Below are positions 33,544-44,224 of a stretch of 64,000 nucleotides of DNA, piece after piece; the stretch's first letter is position 1; every line of letters begins with the position of its first letter. Under the pieces are notes generated by a model. The model searched no databases and had not been told where the DNA came from. It saw only the letters and a program-made list of their open reading frames with translations. The position numbers were made by a program, and so were the translations under genes. Source of the stretch: Hyaloraphidium curvatum SAG 235-1 (Eukaryota; Fungi; Monoblepharomycota). The stretch lies in NCBI GenBank assembly GCA_025558095.1, contig JAIVFI010000002.1, positions 1,054,001 to 1,118,000 on the forward strand. Reading direction: 5' to 3'.

Positions 33544-33940
33544 TTTATCGGAGTGAAGTATGTATGAGAAGGTTGGAGTTGGAGTCGAGCGAGAATCGGA
33601 GAGAGTAGCTGGGTTGCTCTGTGTGTCCGTTGGCGCTGGTGATGGGGCCCCCTGCACCCGGCGCCATTATATACGCGTCGTGCGGGTTTTGGAGGTGGCG
33701 GCGGCGGAGCATTGCACGTTTCGGAGCAGTTCTCGCGACGGTTCTGGCGAGCACTCGCCGGGGTAATCCAATCCCTTGGCACAGCCCGCTCCGCCTCGCT
33801 TCCCGAACAGCGCGCTCTAAAACCCGGGAGACAAGGATATATAGCTCCGCGATGGCTCGGAGCAGCAGGAATCACGCGCAGTCACAAAGAACCCGTGGAC
33901 TTTGCCAATACCGACGATTCATCCCATTCCGAAACGCGAC

Positions 33941-35296
33941 ATGTCGCCAACCGCAACCAACTCCAACGTCTCCCACCGCCGCCGCTCCGTGGCCTCGATC
34001 GCCGCCGCCCTCGTGGCCGGCCTCGCCCTGGCAACCCCGGCAGCCGCCCAGCAACAGGGCGTCCTTTGCATCAACAACGTCGTGACCACATTCAACGTCG
34101 CGCTTCCATCGTCGGCCGCGCCGCTCCCGTTCAACGTCACCCTCGTCGGAGGCGGAGGCGGGTCGGGGACCAAGCGCGGAGGGGGCGGAGGAGGGGGCTC
34201 AACGGCCATCACGGTCGGCCAGAACCGGTTCTACGCGTGGGGCGGCGAGGGCGCCAACGCGATGCCGGACACCGTGGGCGGCGACGGCGGCCGCGTCACG
34301 CTCGCCTTCACCGCGCTGCCCGGGGACGACATCGTCGTCAAGGTCGGGGGCGGAGGCGGAGGGGCCTCGGCGCAAACGGACTACAGGCCGCCCGGGGCCA
34401 GCGGCGACGTCGGCGCGGGCGGAGGCGGCGGGGCCGGAGCCATTGGCGGCGGAGGCGGCAGCGACGCGAGCGCCTTCGGCCACGGCATCAGCGGGGGCGG
34501 CGAGGCCGACGGCCCCATGCAGGCCGGTGCAGCGGGCGACGGCGCGACCCCGGGCCAGCCGGACGTGGGCGGGAAGGGCGGCTCGCTCAACGAGCAGGGC
34601 GGGCTCCCCGGCAACAGCAACACGGGCGGCTCGCAATGGAACATGGCCGCTGGCGGCGGGGCCGGCTACGGCTCGGGCGGCGGCCAGGGCGGGGGCGACA
34701 CCATGGACAACCAGGGCTCGCCGGCGACCAGGTTCTATGGCGGCGCCGGAGGAAGCGATGCGGGCGACGGCGTGTTCGCGCAGGACGGCCTCGAATCCCC
34801 AGCTCAGCTCGGTGCTGCCTCGATGGCACCCACCTGGACCATCAACCCGCCGGCGGCCGCAGGGCAAGGTGCCCCCATGAACTCGAGGGGCTACAGCGTC
34901 CTCCCTTCGGGCTACGGCGGGAACGCAGGCTACGCCGTGATCACCTACTGGAGCCCCGACGGCTCCAGCTGCCCCTACGGCGGCTCGGTGGCCCCCGCGA
35001 GCGCCTCCCTCGCACAGCAGTCGGCCGTCGCGGTCGACCCGCCGGTCGCCAACCCAGAGGAGGACCAGATCAGGGCGGCGAGGAGGGCGGCGGCCTACCG
35101 CGCTCTGGGGGCCGCTCAGAAGCAGCTGGCCGCCGCGAAGTTCAGCAGGGCACAGGCTCGGACTGCCCTGCTCGAGGCGCAAGAGGCCGGTGCAAACCAT
35201 CCGGAGCTGAGGGCCAAAGTGCACGGGCTGGAGGTCGAGATCGCGGCGATCGAGGGCGAGATCGTGCCGAGGCTCTCCAAGGAGCTCGTGGCCTGA
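33941..35296 (+). CDS. Secreted glycine-rich protein A' (diverged copy of A)
   Basis: Matches A, with substitutions clustered near the N-terminus and in the C-terminal tail. Confidence 0.85.
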   Translation: MSPTATNSNVSHRRRSVASIAAALVAGLALATPAAAQQQGVLCINNVVTTFNVALPSSAAPLPFNVTLVGGGGGSGTKRGGGGGGGSTAITVGQNRFYAWGGEGANAMPDTVGGDGGRVTLAFTALPGDDIVVKVGGGGGGASAQTDYRPPGASGDVGAGGGGGAGAIGGGGGSDASAFGHGISGGGEADGPMQAGAAGDGATPGQPDVGGKGGSLNEQGGLPGNSNTGGSQWNMAAGGGAGYGSGGGQGGGDTMDNQGSPATRFYGGAGGSDAGDGVFAQDGLESPAQLGAASMAPTWTINPPAAAGQGAPMNSRGYSVLPSGYGGNAGYAVITYWSPDGSSCPYGGSVAPASASLAQQSAVAVDPPVANPEEDQIRAARRAAAYRALGAAQKQLAAAKFSRAQARTALLEAQEAGANHPELRAKVHGLEVEIAAIEGEIVPRLSKELVA

Positions 35297-35393
35297 AACT
35301 TTGTAGTCTGTGGCGAGAACACAGTTTTTTACTGCCTATCAATGAGATTCGAAAGTTACTGCATGACGCTACTCGATGCCGCCGATCCACCAA

Positions 35394-36286
35394 TCACAGC
35401 TTCGCCTTCGACGCCCCCTTGGCGGTCTTGCCGCCCTCCCTATCCCACAGCGACCTGTACGTCTCCACGTTCTTGTTGGTCCCCGACACGCTCGCCCCGA
35501 AGATGCCGGGCGGCTTGCCGAGCTCCAGCTCGGCGATGACGTTGAGGTGCTGTGCGTCCGGCCCGTCGGCGAGGCGGATCGTGCGCACACCTGTCCACAT
35601 GCCCGAGAGTCCGCTGTCCTGGCTAACGCCGTGCGCGCCGTGCAGCTGGATGGCTTCGTCGAGGATCGACAGCGCCGCGCGCGGGGCCGCAACTTTGATC
35701 ATTGAGATGTACTTGCGCGCCTCCTTGAATCCCTTTTCGTCCGCAATGATCGCTGCTAAATAGCAAAGCTGACGGATCTGTGTGATGGCCAATCTCGCCT
35801 CGGCGACGGCACGTTTGACCGAGTCCTTCTCCGCAAGCAGGCCGCCGAACGCCGACCGGTGCTTGGCGCGGTGGATCATGCTTTCGAGCGCAATCTCGGC
35901 CAAGCCAACGGTGCGCATGGCGTGGTGGATGCGGCCCGGGCCGAGCCTGCCCTGCGCAATCTCGAACCCGCGGCCCTCGCCGAGCACTACGTTCTCCGCG
36001 GGCAGACCTACGCAGTCGAAAACCATCTCGGCGTGGTCGTGCGCGTGGCCAAACACGGCCATGGCGCGGAGTATCTTGACGCCGGGCCAGTCCATCGGGA
36101 CGATGATCATGGTCTGCCGCTTCTGGCCAGGTCCTTCGTCGCCCGAGCGGCCCAGCACCAGTGCAAACTTGCACTCGGGACGAATGGCTCCTGATATGTA
36201 CCATTTGTGGCCCCTGACGGAGTAAGTTCCGTCCGGCTGCCGCTCGATCCGGGTCGAAATTTGCGAGGCGTCCGAAGAGGCCACGC

Positions 36287-36320
<34 letters not shown>

Positions 36321-36779
36321 TCCGGCGAGCAGCGGCTCGAGGTACTTGGCCTTCTGCTCGGGCGACCCGAACTTGGCCAGCACCTCCATGTTGCCCGTGT
36401 CGGGCGCCGAGCAGTTCAGAGCTAGGTTGGCCAGCGGGAAGGCACCCAGAATCTCGGCCAGAGGCGCATACTCGAGGACCGAGAGCCGGGAAACCTCCTC
36501 CAGGAAGAGATTGAACAGGCCCCGCTTCTTCGCCTCGCCCTGGAGCTCCTTCAGGATCGGCGGCTGCGGCGTGTGAAGGTCGTCTGTGCCGAGCTGCTGC
36601 TTGAGCTCGCGGCGCTGGTCCGCGTACTTCTGGCGCGCCGGCAGCACGCGAGAAAACAGGAAGTTGACGAGGTCCTTGCGGACCTCGAAGAACCGCGGCG
36701 ACAGGCGTGCGCGGTGCGGCAGGAGCTCGTCCGGGAGGCCGTCGTCCGCGGACTTGAGCGCGAGCAGGGACTCGAGCAT
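35394..36779 (-). CDS. Peroxisomal acyl-CoA dehydrogenase (ACAD10/11, FadE2-like)
   Basis: NCSAPDTGNMEVL, RSCFAMTEPGVASSDA, AQGRLGPGRIHH, QLHGAHGVSQD, RLADGPD; C-terminal PTS1 -AKL. Confidence 0.93.
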
Positions 36780-37309
36780 CTTGTTCGGGATTCGCTGTCC
36801 GGGCGGCGCGCTACTCGTGGACGTCTCTACGGCGCGGTCTCGTCCGCTTTTGGGTGCGTTTCGCTTTTCAACAGATGCCTGAGCCGTGCAACGTTTCTCC
36901 GGTCCCCGGTCTGCGAGTGTCTCCCACTTCCCATCCCGTCCGCGGAAGCTATCGGAAGCCCGGGTGAGGACTGAGCTTGAGCTATTGTGATAACTTGCTA
37001 GCTCTACAGCTGAATTGTCATCGGCTGGAAGGGATAGCTCGATCGGGGTAGGATATGGCAACGGATGAGATGGCAATGGACCCCGAGTATGGCTCCTATA
37101 CTGAAGCGAGAAGGCAAGGCCCCTTGATTTCGTGCCGATTTCAGGGGATTGTTGTGGTGTACTGCGGAAGAAACGCCAATTAAGTCACCAGCGCACGCGG
37201 ACGAGCAGCGACTGCACAGTCACCAACCTGCGTGCGAACAAGTGAAAGACGGAGCGCGGGAAGGTGCTTCTTCCCTTCACCACACCCGCGTCGTCCGCAA
37301 CTCCACGCC

Positions 37310-38335
37310 ATGCATACTACTGCCACCCACCCTCCTGACTTCACGGCCCTCTTCAGCCGCGCGCGGGTCCTGGCAAAGGACTTCGACGAGGCGCTGGCGG
37401 CGATCGAGGAATCTTCCTCGGCCGCGGACGGCTCCAACGACGTCGCGAGGGCGCTGAAGGAAACTCGAGAGAAGGTTGAGGGAGCTGCCAGCGCCTTGAG
37501 CAGGCTGGGAGACGCGACAAGCGCGGCGGGGCGGCCTTTCAAGACCGCGCGCCACGAGCCCGCGTGGGAACTCTGGCTCCATGGTGGGCCAGAAACGGCC
37601 CAAGTCCTCAACGGGCTTGCCGGCACGAAAGGCGAAAAGCTGCGATCCATGTACTGCACGCTCTACGGGGCGGAGGAGGTGGCCGCGTTCGCGCAGCTCG
37701 CCTTGCCCGCTCTGAAGGACCTCGAAGTCTACGTGATCGAGCTCGAGGATGACGAGGAGATTTTCGAGATTGGGTTCGAGCAGTTCAGGCTCCCGCGGCT
37801 ACGCCGTCTCATCTACCGGGGCAAGATCTTGCAAGGCTTCTTCATCACCCTCGACGCCAGCTCTTTTTCCCTTGAACACATCGATCTGGCGCCCTTCGCC
37901 GCCGACGAGGCGCTGGAGCTACCCGACCGCATCCTCGTCGCAATCAGGTCCTTCGGCCCGCCGATCGACGTATCGGACGGCACCGCGGCGCTGGTGCGGA
38001 AGTCCACCTTCAGGCCCAGTGTCCTATGCCTGACGGACATGAACGAGTTCGATACCGAGTGGGCCGGGCTTTGCGGGGAGCGGTGGATAGGGGGACTTTC
38101 GGAGTTGAGGGTGCGGAGTTTCCCCACCCGCCTGCTGGCGAAGGCGCTGCCCAGCTGGTTCCCGACGCTCAAGATATAAAGCCTCACGCTCGATCACGAC
38201 GAGAACGACCATGAAGAGGTGATGCACGAGCTCAAGATGAGACCGGAGGCGACCAAGGGCGCTCGCCTTGCGCTGCCTGGCGGGTTTCTCGCTGCGATCT
38301 GCCCCGATTTCTCCGCCCCCGATCCCTGGGATTGA
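37310..38335 (+). pseudogene. LRR-like hypothetical protein with an in-frame TAA
   Basis: LPALKDLEV, LPRLRRL and LEHIDL repeats. TAA at 38177-38179 is followed by 51 more open codons to TGA at 38333-38335. Confidence 0.45.
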
Positions 38336-38437
38336 GCGGCCCGCCTGTGTACAAACCGAAGGCGTAGCTGGTATCTCCTTCCTCTCCCGATCATGTGGTA
38401 CACACAGAATCAATGGCTTCCTTTCCGCGATCAAGCT

Positions 38438-40436
38438 TCACCCGCTCATCTGTCCGCCGCGCATAGCCTTCCCGATCATCTCGCACTCGCTCTCCTTCCC
38501 CTCCCTTCTCGCGCTCCTGACCCCGTGGATCCCGTTCGTCCCCTTGTAGTCAGCCTTCTGGCAAGCCGCGGAGCAGTACGAGACCGCGATCGACCTGCAG
38601 CCGCCGCACCTTTTGAGCCTCTCCACGCCCGCTTCCTGCGCCGTCTTGCCGCAAAACAGGCACTGCAGCTTGCTCCAGAAGGCCTCCTTCGGTCCGGCTT
38701 CCGAGAGGGGCTTGTCATGGCCGCTGAGCACGTGCATGTTTCCGGCGAGGTGCTTGTACCGGAGCAGGGCGCTTTCGATCCGGGCCAGGGTGTCTTCGCG
38801 CTCCTGCGGAACGCCGACGTCGTCGCCCAGGATCCAGCGCGCATCCTTGAGGGGGTCCTTGGAGTGTTTTCCTTCGATCGCGTCGTCCGTAAGCTCGTTC
38901 TTGACGTCTTGCGGCAGCGACTTGTTCCCTCCGTACATCACGTTCCACGAAGGGAAGAGGGTTGTCAAGACGTCCCGGAACTGATCTTCGGTGTAGCCGA
39001 TGGAGCTTGCTTTCGATGCATCTGCACCGCGAAGGCGGCCGAGCCCCTCGAGCTCCCAGAGCGCCCGCCCCATGATCTGGGGCCCCTCAAAGCTCCCCGT
39101 GGCAAGCAGCCTATCGCAAATGCGGAACGTGTTCTCGAGAGAATCGATCTTCAGACCGCAGAGCACCTTCTCGACCTGGTCCAGCGGAACCCGGCATTCC
39201 GTCGCGATCGCACGAGCTCCGAAGCCCCGGACGGTCCCATGATCGAAGACGTCCTGCCCGGCATCGATGCCCGCGAGAATATCGCCGACCGGGCCGGCCT
39301 TGCCCAACCACTCCTTCGCCTTTGTGTGCGGTGCTGCGCGGAACGCCGCTTCCGGACCGGAAGCTGCTCGAAATGTTCAGGGCCGACTGCACGTAACCTC
39401 CGTCGAAAGCTCGTAGCCAGTACTCGTTTGCCTTTTTCGCGTTGGGCACCTGGCCTTCGAAACCTCTGCAAAGATTGCACGGGGCGATAAGATTCCCTAC
39501 TACTCGAATCAAGGACGGAGCTACTTACTAAGTATCAAGACACCCATGCTGTGCCACGCCCTGGCGATGTGCATGCGATCTTCGAGATCAGTGGAGCCCG
39601 CTTCGACGCACCGGTTCAGTGCTTTGAAGGCACGCGCAGACGCAGCTTTCTTGGGCATGCCGAGATCCCACGTGTCCCAAACCTTGGCCAGATTGCGGGA
39701 TGTCACGCAGATATAGTGCTTGACCAGCCCGATCTGTCTCGGCAGGGCACTCGGATCCATTTAATCCGTGGAACGCAATACCGGCCGCCATTAGCTCCGA
39801 GTTTTCGGTGAGCCTCCCCGGCGCCACGTCCAGCACGCCCAGAAGTCTTCCCGCGAGATCGACGAATGCTTTTCCGTCCCTTTTGTCGCCAGGAAGGTCC
39901 TCGCCAGCGGTAGCCGCGCAGTCGAGGGCCTGCATCGCATCGTCAAGCTCATCCGGGCCCAGATCGCCGCTTTTAAGCACCCTCAGGGCCAGCTCCCATG
40001 CCTTGAAAGCCATCGCGTGCGCCAATTCGAGGTCCGCGTTGAACCCGACTCGGCCCAGCAGGTTGAACCACGCAAGGGAGATGGAGCAGGCAACGTTTCG
40101 TGCACTGACGCCGGCGTCGAGGACGGACCTGGCAAAGCGAACAGCCGCGGGCGACGTCGGTAGCACCGTGAGATTCGGCGATGATATGGCGATGTCAGGG
40201 AAGTAGCCGATGAGGCGGGCCAGGCCGTAGAGCTGCCGGATATCGTCGGAGGCTTCCACAGCGAGGACGTCTCGGCCGGCCTCGGGGACGGGCGCGAGGC
40301 AGCGGGCGCAGAGCTTTTCGGGCGTGCATCGCAGGCAGCGGCGGGGCAGAGCGTAGGGCATCGTGCAGAACGCATAGCCGAAAAAGTCGTCCAGCAGGGG
40401 CTCGGAAAGTGCGCCTTGGGTTTCTTGGCGCCTCAA
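38438..40436 (-). pseudogene. Sel1-like repeat plus MYND zinc-finger protein, frameshifted
   Basis: C-terminal CLFC...KRCGGC...YCSAACQKADY (MYND). Sel1-like GVP...KAKEWLGKA is split by a frameshift near 39325, with another break near 39762. Confidence 0.6.
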
Positions 40437-40891
40437 ACGAGCGAGGAGTCGCTGTCCCGTGAGAGTGGTTTGTGCTTCAGCGGGTTGTTTGGGAGCAACC
40501 GACGTCTGCCGTCAGAGTGCCTCGGAATCATCACAGACCCGATCACAACAAGATCAGGCCAGGAGGCCGACATAGGGACGGGAAAAGCACAGTTCCACGA
40601 GGAGGAGCAGATCGACGCCCTGTCTGGCGGGCTATTCATATCGACCAGAGGATGGGGACGCAGACCGATGGCGGAAGCCCCGGTATATCGCGCGACGTGG
40701 TCCTCTAGGTCGATTTTAAGGACGAGGTGTGAAGAGACGGAAAGAGAATAGTGTAATCGAGGGCTTCACGAACAGTTGGATTGGGATCTGGGTAGAGCTT
40801 TCGTATCCGCGGGCGTTAATGAGAGTTGCCAGTTGGCTCCGGCCAGCGCAAGATCACCGGTATCTCGGGACCTCTGGAACAGGGCTTCAGG

Positions 40892-42729
40892 ATGTCTTCC
40901 GGGCTCTCCCTGGCGCTGCTGAACGACTATATTGCGCCGTCCGTCGAGTGCATAAAGCCGGTCGAGACGCTGCGGCCGGCGGAGCCTCTGGCGAGGGAGA
41001 TCCGGTTCGAGGACTCGGGGGCCGCCGGGCCGGCCAACGGCCACCCTGCGCCCGGCCAGGCCAACGGAGATGGCTTTTCGGCCAACGGGTTCGCGCTCGA
41101 CGGCTATCCGGCGTCGAAGGCGGCGGCCAAGCCGGTGCCCGCGGAGCCCGCGCCGCCGGCGACCATAAACCTGACCGACTGCCTCGCGTGCTCGGGCTGC
41201 ATCACAACCGCCGAGTCGGTGCTCGTCGCGATGCAGTCGCACAAGGACCTCGCCACCGCGCTGGACCGCAACGCGCGCGCGATGGCTGACAGCCCCGCCG
41301 ACCCGTACGCGGCCGGCTACCGCCGCCTAGTGGTCACCCTGTCGCCGCAGTCCCGCGCGTCGATCGCGAACAAGTACGGGATGAGCTCGCGCGAGGTGCA
41401 CGCGCGGTTGGCGGCGTGGCTGAGGTCGCTGGGCGTGCACGAGGTGTGGGATCTGGGATGGGCGCGCGAGCTCGCGTTGGAGGAGCTGGCGCGCGAGTTC
41501 GGGGAGCGCTGGGACGCTGCGCAATCCGGTGGCAGTTCCGCCAAGGTGGACGGGAAGAAGGTCGACGGGCGACGCGGTGGGCCGCTGCCCATCCTGGCTG
41601 CCTCCTGTCCAGGTTGGTTCTTCTCCCGCCTGGGGCTCCGGATCCTCTCTGACTGACGATTCGAATCATTCTTTCTTGCCTTGCAGGCTTCGTCTGCTAC
41701 CTCGAGACCACGCATCCGGCGTACCTGCCCCACTTATCTTCGGTCCGCTCCCCCGTCTCCTCCCTGGCCTCCCTCCTCAAAGCGCGCTCCTCGCGGCTTT
41801 TCAACATCCCGATGGAGCACGTCTGGCACGCCAGCATCCAGCCCTGCTACGACAGGAAGCTGGAAGCGTCGCGCCCGGAGCTCGGCTCGGGCTCGTTGCG
41901 CGATACTGACACGGTCATCACCACGGGCGAGCTCGAGACGTTCTGGCGCGAGATGGGCCTCCGCTTCCCGGACGACTTCCCGCTCCCCGAGGACCCGGCC
42001 CTCGCGGACCCGTGGTACCGCCCCCTGCACCTCCCCCTCTCGTCTTCCGACGCCTCCCTCCCGCACCTCCTCCTGCACTCCCTCCGCACCCTGTTTGCCA
42101 CCCCGGCCACCCCCGCGGACCTCGCCCGCGCCCTCGAATCCGGCGAGCACCGCTTCCCCAACGGCGTCGTGCTCTCGACCTCCCAGGGCCGCAACGCCGA
42201 CGTGCGCGACTGGGCCGTCTCGGTGCCCGACGGGGCCGGCGGCACCGAGGAGCGCCTGCGCATGGCGCAGAGCTACGGCTTCCGCAACATCCAGAACCTC
42301 CTTCGGAAGCTCCCCGCCCCCGCATCCGGCGCCGCCCCCGCGAAATCCCGCGCGGTGGTCCGCAAGCCCCGCGCCGGCAGGGAAACCGAGCGGCCGTACC
42401 ACTTTGTCGAGGTCATGGCCTGCCCCTCGGGGTGCCTCAACGGCGGGGGCCAGCTGCGCCCCGACCCCACGCCCGAGAACCCGTCGGGGTCGGCGGGGGA
42501 GGGGTGGTTGGAGGGGGTCAGGGCGCGGTACAATGAGGAGATGGCGGCGCCTGCTGCGGACGGCATGGACGTGGACGGCGAGTGGGAGGCGGCCGAGGCC
42601 GAGAGGCGGGCGCGGCTGGCGGAGATCTACGCGCTGCTGGGTGAGGGCGGGTCGGACCTGCTGCGGACCACGTACAGAGGCGTGGAGGAGGAGAACAAGG
42701 AGGCGATTGGGCTGGGGGCCAAGTGGTGA
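40892..42729 (+). CDS. NAR1: Cytosolic Fe-S assembly factor NAR1/CIAO3
   Basis: LNDYIAPSVECIKPV, INLTDCLACSGCITTAESVL, SCPG, IQPCYDRKLEASR, YGFRNIQN, VEVMACPSGCLNGGGQ and terminal W. Intron 41613-41686. Confidence 0.93.
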
Positions 42730-42762
42730 TCTTTTGGAATTCGGCATTTGAGGCGCGCTGCG

Positions 42763-43686
42763 TCACATGCCCAGGAAGGCCCTCGCGTTCTGCCCCGTCC
42801 TCTTGGCGCACTCCTCACGGGTCCACCCGAGCGCCCCCGCGACCGCGCCGCACACGGTCCACATGGCCGCGTCGACCTCGGCGGGGTGGTGCACGTCCGA
42901 CTCCAACAGGATCCGATCCTGCGGCACGCCAGACAGGCACGCGGGCGCGCCATGGCGCAGGTTCAGCGGCGAAAAAGAAAAGTAGAGGCGCGAGGCCGTT
43001 TCCTTGGGCAGCTTGTTCAGGAGCTGGGCCAGAACCTCGGGCTTGCCCGAGAATGAGTGAAGCATGATTCGAGGCGGCAGATCCGCCGGATCCGTCCCCT
43101 TCAGCACGTCGAACGCATGTCCGTGCGCTCGGACGATGTGCACAGAGGCCGGCAGATCCAACGCGGCGCCCAGCGCGAGCTGCGCGCGGAAGATCCGGAG
43201 CTGCGCCTCGAACGAGTATAGCTCCTTGGTCCCCGGCTTGGTCGCCACGCGGTCCAGTCCGAACTCGGCGAGCACCACGCGCCGGCCCGACGCGATCGCG
43301 GGCAGCAGATGGCCGTCCAGCAGGTCCCGGCCCCAATCCGTCCTCCGCAGCGCGTCCTTCACGTTGTCCCGCGTGGCACCCTCCGACAGCGCGTCCGTGC
43401 CGACGGCCTCGGCGAACCAAGGATGCACCGCGAATCCCGGCACGACCACGGCGGGTTCGGCCGCGGCGAACGCCTCGGCGGCCGCGAAATCGTTGGGCCG
43501 CGTGGCGAACGCGCACACCGTCCGCGTCCGGACGCCCTCCAGCAGCTCTCGCGCCCGCCGCACCGTCTCCTCGCCAAGTTCGGTACCCGCTGGCGAAGCT
43601 GGAGAGAAGCACGCCGGCGACGCGTAGTTTGTAAAGTCGGCAGAGAGCGAATGGTGGATATGCGATTTGGACTTCACACGCCACAC
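42763..43686 (-). CDS. TatD-family DNase/amidohydrolase-fold protein
   Basis: GFAVHPW, EFGLD, SVHIVRAHG, MLHSFSG, RILLESD. True start uncertain. Confidence 0.85.
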   Translation of the reverse strand: MWRVKSKSHIHHSLSADFTNYASPACFSPASPAGTELGEETVRRARELLEGVRTRTVCAFATRPNDFAAAEAFAAAEPAVVVPGFAVHPWFAEAVGTDALSEGATRDNVKDALRRTDWGRDLLDGHLLPAIASGRRVVLAEFGLDRVATKPGTKELYSFEAQLRIFRAQLALGAALDLPASVHIVRAHGHAFDVLKGTDPADLPPRIMLHSFSGKPEVLAQLLNKLPKETASRLYFSFSPLNLRHGAPACLSGVPQDRILLESDVHHPAEVDAAMWTVCGAVAGALGWTREECAKRTGQNARAFLGM

Positions 43687-43815
43687 TCCGGTACTTCGTA
43701 CCGTTCGTATGAGTGGATGAATAGCATGCGGTCCACCCCTTTCGGCTCATGTACTCCGCCGATATGTTGCGCGAATGCAATGATACAACGGATAGCAATG
43801 TTCTCGTCGCGCCGA

Positions 43816-44082
43816 TCACAACGACGCGCTCGCATTTCCCTTCCGCGCCCGCTCATCCGCCTCCCTCTTGCGCAGGATGTCCGCCGTCCCCGGCGGGAAG
43901 TACGGCGGCTTCAGCTCGCCCTCGAACGCCATCTCGACGAACTCGTTCCCAAGCTGGCCGTCCTTGCCGAGGTCCAGGACGCGGATCCCGTTGCGTGAAT
44001 CCTCCACATCGGGAACCAGCATCGTCGTGCCGGCCACGGAGTACGAAGGGACGCCCCCGTCCCGCATCCAGAGCTGATTCAT
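43816..44082 (-). CDS. Small hypothetical protein or gene fragment
   Basis: 88-aa ATG-initiated ORF with coding-like GC3; no recognisable motif. Confidence 0.3.
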   Translation of the reverse strand: MNQLWMRDGGVPSYSVAGTTMLVPDVEDSRNGIRVLDLGKDGQLGNEFVEMAFEGELKPPYFPPGTADILRKREADERARKGNASASL

Positions 44083-44224
44083 GTAATTTGTGGGCGGATT
44101 AATAGGTCTAGGACTGGACGTGGCGAAGTGGATGCGGAGCAGTGTCAGCAGATGTCAATTCAAAAGTCTACAATTCCCGAACAGTCCACCAAAGTCGGCA
44201 GGCTTCGTCTGAATCAGCATCACC

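Larger units (their letters stand above)
30458..35322. repeat. Right arm of large inverted repeat
   Basis: Reverse complement of 17635-22498. Confidence 0.97.

Noticed and set aside
17661-35296. PE_PGRS or collagen proteins
   Set aside because: No PE domain and no sustained Gly-X-Y periodicity; the Gly runs are bounded by beta-strand motifs.
17635-35322. Composite transposon or giant TIR element
   Set aside because: No transposase or recombinase in the arms or spacer, ragged diverged ends and no evident target-site duplication.
38177-38179. TAA stop-codon reassignment
   Set aside because: TAA terminates other genes normally (e.g. gene B at 20401-20403).
40892-42729. [FeFe]-hydrogenase
   Set aside because: The N-terminal LNDYIAPS..CIKP, the CLACSGC motif and the terminal Trp identify the non-catalytic NAR1 family.
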